Shown: piece after piece, positions 58,757 to 64,000 of the stretch
Position numbering within the stretch: the stretch's first letter is position 1
Layout: every line of letters starts with the position of its first letter
Source of the DNA: Bacilli bacterium
GTDB taxonomy: Bacteria; Bacillota_I; Bacilli_A; ML615J-28; CAG-313
DNA length: 64,000 nt
NCBI GenBank assembly: GCA_045652765.1
Contig: JAZOLG010000051.1
Location: 10,576 to 74,575, forward strand
Direction: 5' to 3'
Made by a program: the position numbers and the translations under genes
The notes under the pieces: model-generated
What the model saw: the letters and a program-made list of their open reading frames with translations, nothing else
The model's database searches: none
Told to the model about the DNA's origin: nothing

Positions 58757-60271
58757 ATGAGAAAAATTTATTCAATATTTTTAGTACTAATATTTGTCTT
58801 TGTATTAGCTGGATGTGCAAGCGCAAAAGGTGATGTGTTTTACAATCCAGAGTATTCAATGTCTCCATCAATTGGTATGGACGAGTTCGTTGATGAAACA
58901 GGTGGAGAGGGTTACAATGAAATAAAAGAATTCCCATTTGTATCGACAAATGAACAAAATAATACTTTTTTTAGACTAGATTCAAATACTGGAAGTTATT
59001 CTAACTTAAGACGTTATATTGAACAAAATCAAAAAATTAATGGTAATATTATTAAAACAGATGAATTAATCAATTATTTTAGTTATGATTTAGAAGAACC
59101 AAAAGATGGTGAAGATTTCAGTATAACATCAAGTATGATGCCAACTCCTTGGAATCCATCAACTAAATTAATTACAATCGGTGTAAAATCTAAAACAGTT
59201 GAACTAGATCAAAACATTAGAAATAACTTAGTGTTTTTAATTGATGTATCTGGTTCTATGACAGCAGATAACAAACTTGGTTTAATTAAGCAAGCTTTCC
59301 CATTAATGCTTGATGGACTTAATCAAGATGATGTGATTTCGATTGTTACATATGCAAGTGGTGTTAGAACTTTACTAGCCGGATGTCCAGTATCTAATAG
59401 ACAAACAATCATTAATGTTATTAATGGACTTAAAGCTGGTGGCTCTACATCTGGTTCATCTGGACTTCAAATGGCTTATGATGTTGCGAAAAGTAATTTC
59501 ATTCAAGGTGGAAATAATCGTATTATACTTGCAACTGATGGTGATTTTAATGTTGGACCATCATCAAATGATGAGTTAAAAGAACAAGTAAAACAACAAT
59601 TAAATAGTGGTATCTATTTATCAGTCTTAGGCGTTGGTATGGGTAATTATCAAGACGATATGGTTGAAACACTTGCAATGCACGGGAATGGAAATTATGC
59701 ATATATTGATTCATTGATTGAGGCAAGAAAAGTATTAACAGAAGATCTTGCAACTACACTTTTGACAGTCGCAAAAGATGTAAAAGTAAAAGTAGAATTC
59801 AATCCACAAGTTATTAGTGAGTATAGAGTAATTGGATATGAAAACAAACAATTAACAGAAGATGAATTTAATGATCAAAAGGCTGATTCAGGTGAAGTTG
59901 GAACTGGACATACAACAGTTGTAACATATGAAGTAACATTAAATGAAGATTTTATTAAAATGTCTGATGAAAAAATTTTAGATATCACAATTAATTATAA
60001 AGATCCAAATACTGATGTTTCCAAAACAATATCTGATGTATTTACATTTAATGATATTGAAGTAATACCATCAGAAGATTTTGTGTTTGTTGGATGTTTA
60101 GTTGAATTTTCATTAATTCTTAGAAACTCTGAATATAAAGCAAATGCAAATCTTGCAAATGTTATAAATAGACTTGAAAGTTTAACAACAATTGGTAATG
60201 ATTTATATAAACAAGAATTTATACAACTTGTTAAAAAAGTCTATAGTCAAAGTTTAATTGATCAACAATAG
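58757..60271 (+). CDS. YfbK-like von Willebrand factor A lipoprotein
   Basis: Lipobox LAGC; ELINYF, FLIDVSGSM MIDAS, LATDGDFNVG, YRVIGYENK; start could be 58748, 58751 or 58757. Confidence 0.88.
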   Translation: MRKIYSIFLVLIFVFVLAGCASAKGDVFYNPEYSMSPSIGMDEFVDETGGEGYNEIKEFPFVSTNEQNNTFFRLDSNTGSYSNLRRYIEQNQKINGNIIKTDELINYFSYDLEEPKDGEDFSITSSMMPTPWNPSTKLITIGVKSKTVELDQNIRNNLVFLIDVSGSMTADNKLGLIKQAFPLMLDGLNQDDVISIVTYASGVRTLLAGCPVSNRQTIINVINGLKAGGSTSGSSGLQMAYDVAKSNFIQGGNNRIILATDGDFNVGPSSNDELKEQVKQQLNSGIYLSVLGVGMGNYQDDMVETLAMHGNGNYAYIDSLIEARKVLTEDLATTLLTVAKDVKVKVEFNPQVISEYRVIGYENKQLTEDEFNDQKADSGEVGTGHTTVVTYEVTLNEDFIKMSDEKILDITINYKDPNTDVSKTISDVFTFNDIEVIPSEDFVFVGCLVEFSLILRNSEYKANANLANVINRLESLTTIGNDLYKQEFIQLVKKVYSQSLIDQQ

Positions 60272-60292
60272 TTATATATATATTCTTACGTG

Positions 60293-60318
60293 GCAACTCC
60301 AATTGGAGTTGCTTTTTT
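60293..60318 (+). terminator. Intrinsic terminator
   Basis: GCAACTCC-aatt-GGAGTTGC plus T6. Confidence 0.85.
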
Positions 60319-60404
60319 ATCGTATTTATCTTGTAAAAAATTAACTTATAGTTTATAATAGAGTTATATAATGAAATAGTAAATTTCGAAAAAAGGAGTA
60401 TAAT

Positions 60405-61583
60405 ATGGACTCTATTAAAAACATTTATAAAATTGGTCATGGACCATCCAGCTCACATACGATGGGGCCTGCTCTTGCGGCTGAGATATTTAAGAATAAA
60501 TATAAAGATGCTGATTCATTTGTTGTTGAACTTTTTGGTTCATTAGCATTAACGGGTAAAGGTCACTTAACTGATAAAGTTTTGGTGGATGTTTTAGGAG
60601 AAAACACTAAGGTATTATTTAATTACAAAAAAGTTTTTGAATATCATCCAAATGCTTTATGTTTACATGCTTTTAAAAAAGGTTTAGAAATTGGTGATTG
60701 GTTAGTATTTAGTGTTGGTGGTGGATTCCTAAGTGAATTAGATCAAGATAGACAAGTTGTGGAAGACGCAATCTATCAAGAAAAAAATATGGATGAAATA
60801 CTAACAACATGTAAAAGAAAAGGATTATCACTTCTTGAATATATTAATAACATAGAAAAAAATATTGATGAACATTTGTTAAATGCATGGCATCGAATGG
60901 AAGAAACTATTGAAGTAGGCCTTAAGAAAACTGAAAAACTACCTGGTCGATTAAACGTTCAAAGAAAAGCTAATAGCTTTTATCAACAATATTTAAAAGA
61001 TGAAAATAAAACAACTTATTTATTCGCTGCTGCTCTTTCAACAGCTGAAGAAAATGGTGGTGGAGGAATTGTAGTAACTGCACCAACTTGTGGATCAAGT
61101 GGAGTACTACCTGCAGTTTTAAAATATGCAAAATTATTTAGACACAAAACTGATCAAGATATTGTTGATGCGATGAAAATAGCCGGACTAATTGGAAACA
61201 TTTGTAAATTTAATGCATCTATTAGTGGTGCAGAAGTGGGATGTCAAGGTGAAATTGGTGTTGCTTGTGCAATGGCTAGTGCAGCATACGCCTTCTTACA
61301 AGGTGCAACCAATGAACAAATTGAATATGCAGCAGAGATTGCTTTAGAACATCACCTAGGTCTTACTTGTGATCCTGTTGATGGACAAGTACAAATACCT
61401 TGTATTGAACGTAATGCAATTGCGGCAATTAAATCAATTGATGCCGCAAAATATGCTCTTTTAACTGATGGTATGCATTATGTTAGTTTAGATCATGCCA
61501 TTGACACAATGAAACAAACAGGACTAGATTTATCATATAAATATAAAGAAACTTCTATTGGTGGTTTAGCTCGTAAAAGATAG
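60405..61583 (+). CDS. sdaA: Fe-S L-serine dehydratase, single chain
   Basis: GPSSSHTMGP, GSLALTGKGH, TAPTCGS, SGAEVGCQGE, GLTCDP, PCIERN. Confidence 0.94.
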   Translation: MDSIKNIYKIGHGPSSSHTMGPALAAEIFKNKYKDADSFVVELFGSLALTGKGHLTDKVLVDVLGENTKVLFNYKKVFEYHPNALCLHAFKKGLEIGDWLVFSVGGGFLSELDQDRQVVEDAIYQEKNMDEILTTCKRKGLSLLEYINNIEKNIDEHLLNAWHRMEETIEVGLKKTEKLPGRLNVQRKANSFYQQYLKDENKTTYLFAAALSTAEENGGGGIVVTAPTCGSSGVLPAVLKYAKLFRHKTDQDIVDAMKIAGLIGNICKFNASISGAEVGCQGEIGVACAMASAAYAFLQGATNEQIEYAAEIALEHHLGLTCDPVDGQVQIPCIERNAIAAIKSIDAAKYALLTDGMHYVSLDHAIDTMKQTGLDLSYKYKETSIGGLARKR

Positions 61584-61591
61584 GTGACAAG

Positions 61592-63121
61592 ATGAAGTTT
61601 TTAAAAAGATTATTTAGTCGATTTGTTATTACAAGTATTTTCATTTTAGTTCAGATTTTTCTTGCTATTTATTTTTTTAACGAACTTGCAGAAAAATATA
61701 TTTATGTATACTTTGCAGCAAACATATTAAGTTATATTTTATTATTATTTATACTTAATAAAAGTGGTAGTCCATCATATAAAATACCATGGATCATATT
61801 TATACTAATAATGCCAATACCAGGTTTATTATCTTATATTATGTTTGCCAAACCAATTATCACAAAAAAATATCGCAAGAAGTTTATTGCTATAATCGAG
61901 GCTACTAACCAAAAATATAAAATTAATAAACAAGATATTAAAGAATTAAAAACATTATCACAAATAGCTTATAATCAATCTAAATACATTTATAAAACAT
62001 CACTAATGCATACAACAAAAAATACCAAAACGACTTATTTTAAAGATGGCGAAACGATGTTTCAAGAAATGTTAGAGAAAATTAAAACAGCCAAAAAATA
62101 TGTTTTTATAGAAACGTTTATAATGTCGCCTGGATTTATGCTTGATACACTTATTGATTTATTAGAACAAAAGGTAAAAGAGGGAATTGAAGTTAGAATA
62201 CTTTATGATGACATTGGTTCGATGAAACATCTTCCAAGAAAATATCATAAAACACTTATTAAAAAAGGAATAAAATGTACAGTATTTAATAAATATAATC
62301 CAGTTATAACTGTTGTACATAACAATCGTGACCACCGAAAATTGTTAATTGTTGATGGTGAGTATGGTTTCATTGGTGGAATTAATATTGCTGATGAATA
62401 TATTAATAAAATTCAACCATTTGGCCATTGGAAAGATAACGGCATTATGTTACAAGGATCTGGTGTTAAAAATATGATTGTTTTATTTTTAGAAATGTGG
62501 AATGTATTTTCTAAAGATAAAAGTGAATTGTTTGAAGATTATATAAATGAATCGTATTATGAATCGAATGGCTACGTTCAAGTGTTTGGGGATGGACCAT
62601 TACCATTATATAGTGACCATGTTGGCGAAAACACTTATTTAAATTTGATTAACCAAGCAAATAAATATTTATATATAACTACACCGTATTTGATTGTTGA
62701 TTACAATATGATACATAGTTTAGTACTTGCATCAAAACGTGGAGTAGATGTGAAAATAATTGTTCCACATATCCCTGATAAAAAAATAATATCTTGGATT
62801 ACAAAATCAAACTACAAAATATTAATCGAAGCAGGTGTAGAAATATACGAATATTTACCAGGATTTATTCATTCTAAAACAATTCTGACTGATGATGATA
62901 AAGCAATTATTGGAACCATTAATCTGGATTATCGAAGTTTTGTACATCACTTTGAATGTGCATGTTGGATGTATAAACCTGATTGTTATAACGATATGTT
63001 AGTAGACTTTATTGAGACTACTAATAAATCAAAATGTATTAAAATGGAGGATGTGCCAAAACAAAGATTAATAAAACGTTTAATCGTTTCATTAATAAAA
63101 TTATTTTCACCATTATTATAG
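61592..63121 (+). CDS. cls: Cardiolipin synthase
   Basis: N-terminal TM helices; two HKD motifs (HRKLLIVD, HSKTILTD). Confidence 0.92.
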   Translation: MKFLKRLFSRFVITSIFILVQIFLAIYFFNELAEKYIYVYFAANILSYILLLFILNKSGSPSYKIPWIIFILIMPIPGLLSYIMFAKPIITKKYRKKFIAIIEATNQKYKINKQDIKELKTLSQIAYNQSKYIYKTSLMHTTKNTKTTYFKDGETMFQEMLEKIKTAKKYVFIETFIMSPGFMLDTLIDLLEQKVKEGIEVRILYDDIGSMKHLPRKYHKTLIKKGIKCTVFNKYNPVITVVHNNRDHRKLLIVDGEYGFIGGINIADEYINKIQPFGHWKDNGIMLQGSGVKNMIVLFLEMWNVFSKDKSELFEDYINESYYESNGYVQVFGDGPLPLYSDHVGENTYLNLINQANKYLYITTPYLIVDYNMIHSLVLASKRGVDVKIIVPHIPDKKIISWITKSNYKILIEAGVEIYEYLPGFIHSKTILTDDDKAIIGTINLDYRSFVHHFECACWMYKPDCYNDMLVDFIETTNKSKCIKMEDVPKQRLIKRLIVSLIKLFSPLL

Positions 63122-63141
63122 AAAGGGGATACAAAAATACA

Positions 63142-63825
63142 ATGGATGAATTATTAAAAAAACAAGAAAAAGGATTAATTAATTTTACAAAAAGTTTAAT
63201 ACCAGGATTAAAAGAAGAAGTGATTGGTTGTAGAACTCCTGATATCAAAGAACTTGCGAGAAAGATGATTAAGGAAGATACATATTCCACTTTCTTAAAG
63301 CAATTACCGCATAAATATCATGAAGAAAATTTACTTCATGCATATATTCTTGCAAGGATCAAAGTTTCTCAAGAAGAACTTATTAATCTAATTAATGAAT
63401 TTTTACCTTATGTTTCTAATTGGTCAGTATGTGATTCAGTCGCAAAAAGATCTAAAGTGTTAACAAGTAATCTTTCGATACTTTTTGATGAAATAAAGAA
63501 ATGGATTTCAACGGGAAAAACTTATTATGTTAGATTTGGTGTAACTACATTAATGAGTTATTTTTTAAAAGATGAATACGTTGAAGATGTCTTGAAGCTT
63601 ACGTCAAATATTCAAACTGAGGACTATTATATTAATATGTCTTTATCATGGCTATATGCAACTCTTTTAATTAATTACTTCGATGAAACAGTAAAACTAC
63701 TAGAAGAACAAAAATTAAATACTTTCGTTCATAATAAAACAATCCAAAAAGCCAACGAGAGTTACCGTATTACAAAAACAAAAAAAGAATATTTAAAGAC
63801 ATTAAAGATTAAAAAGAAAGGATAA
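63142..63825 (+). CDS. DNA alkylation repair protein (AlkD-like)
   Basis: GCRTP, LPHKYHEE, NWSVCD, YYINMSLSW, HNKTIQKANESYR. Confidence 0.82.
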   Translation: MDELLKKQEKGLINFTKSLIPGLKEEVIGCRTPDIKELARKMIKEDTYSTFLKQLPHKYHEENLLHAYILARIKVSQEELINLINEFLPYVSNWSVCDSVAKRSKVLTSNLSILFDEIKKWISTGKTYYVRFGVTTLMSYFLKDEYVEDVLKLTSNIQTEDYYINMSLSWLYATLLINYFDETVKLLEEQKLNTFVHNKTIQKANESYRITKTKKEYLKTLKIKKKG

Positions 63826-63827
63826 TT

Positions 63828-64000
63828 ATGAACATTTTATTTTTCCTAAAACCCAAAGCAACTGTTGAGTATATAGAGGAAAATTATACTTTGAGACAAG
63901 CAATGGAAAAGATGGAGGTACATAGATATACATCTATTCCAGTCATCTCAAAAAATGGTGAGTATATTGGTACATTATCAGAAGGAGATATTTTATGGTA
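63828..64000 (+). CDS. CBS-domain protein (YkuL/DarB-like), runs off window end
   Basis: MNILFFLKPKATVEYIEENYTLRQAMEKMEVHRYTSIPVISKNGEYIGTLSEGDILW; not in the ORF track. Confidence 0.8.
   Translation, partial: MNILFFLKPKATVEYIEENYTLRQAMEKMEVHRYTSIPVISKNGEYIGTLSEGDILW

Noticed and set aside
12583-63290. Many short antisense or out-of-frame ORFs inside housekeeping genes (e.g. 12583-12948, 28530-28991, 29945-30307, 34742-35044, 49544-49792)
   Set aside because: Fully or largely nested in well-conserved genes, with no motifs; expected shadow ORFs.
1-64000. Genetic code 4 (TGA = Trp)
   Set aside because: TGA terminates purN and pyrB at the expected C-termini, and long genes translate fully with TGG for Trp.

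Overview
Low-GC, strongly plus-strand-biased chromosomal segment from a Bacillota/Mollicutes-related anaerobe using genetic code 11 (TGA is a stop, e.g. purN and pyrB). It is mostly core genome: uvrA(3' end)-lgt/ppaX-trxB-whiA, tRNA-Ser and tRNA-Glu, a ~16.4 kb ZMP/ZTP-riboswitch-led operon (purE-M-N-H-D-L-F-guaB-glnA type III-fhs-guaA), a divergent purC, transporters and hydrolases, an attenuator-led pyr operon, several lipoproteins, ltaE, sdaA and cls. The most unusual region is 8141-11411, directly after tRNA-Glu. Two diverged copies of a ~270-300 bp structured non-coding element (plus a degenerate third) each run into a different accessory gene (GNAT; toxin-antitoxin pair; methyltransferase + HD hydrolase). 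The copies keep their hairpins through compensatory changes, carry minus-strand tRNA-3'-end mimics and a segment complementary to the tRNA-Glu T-arm, which suggests a tRNA-anchored gene-cassette array; no integrase is in the window. Second, three nucleotide-pathway amidotransferases (PurF, CarA, GuaA) appear to lack glutaminase function, suggesting direct ammonia use. All calls come from reading motifs by eye; no database searches were run.
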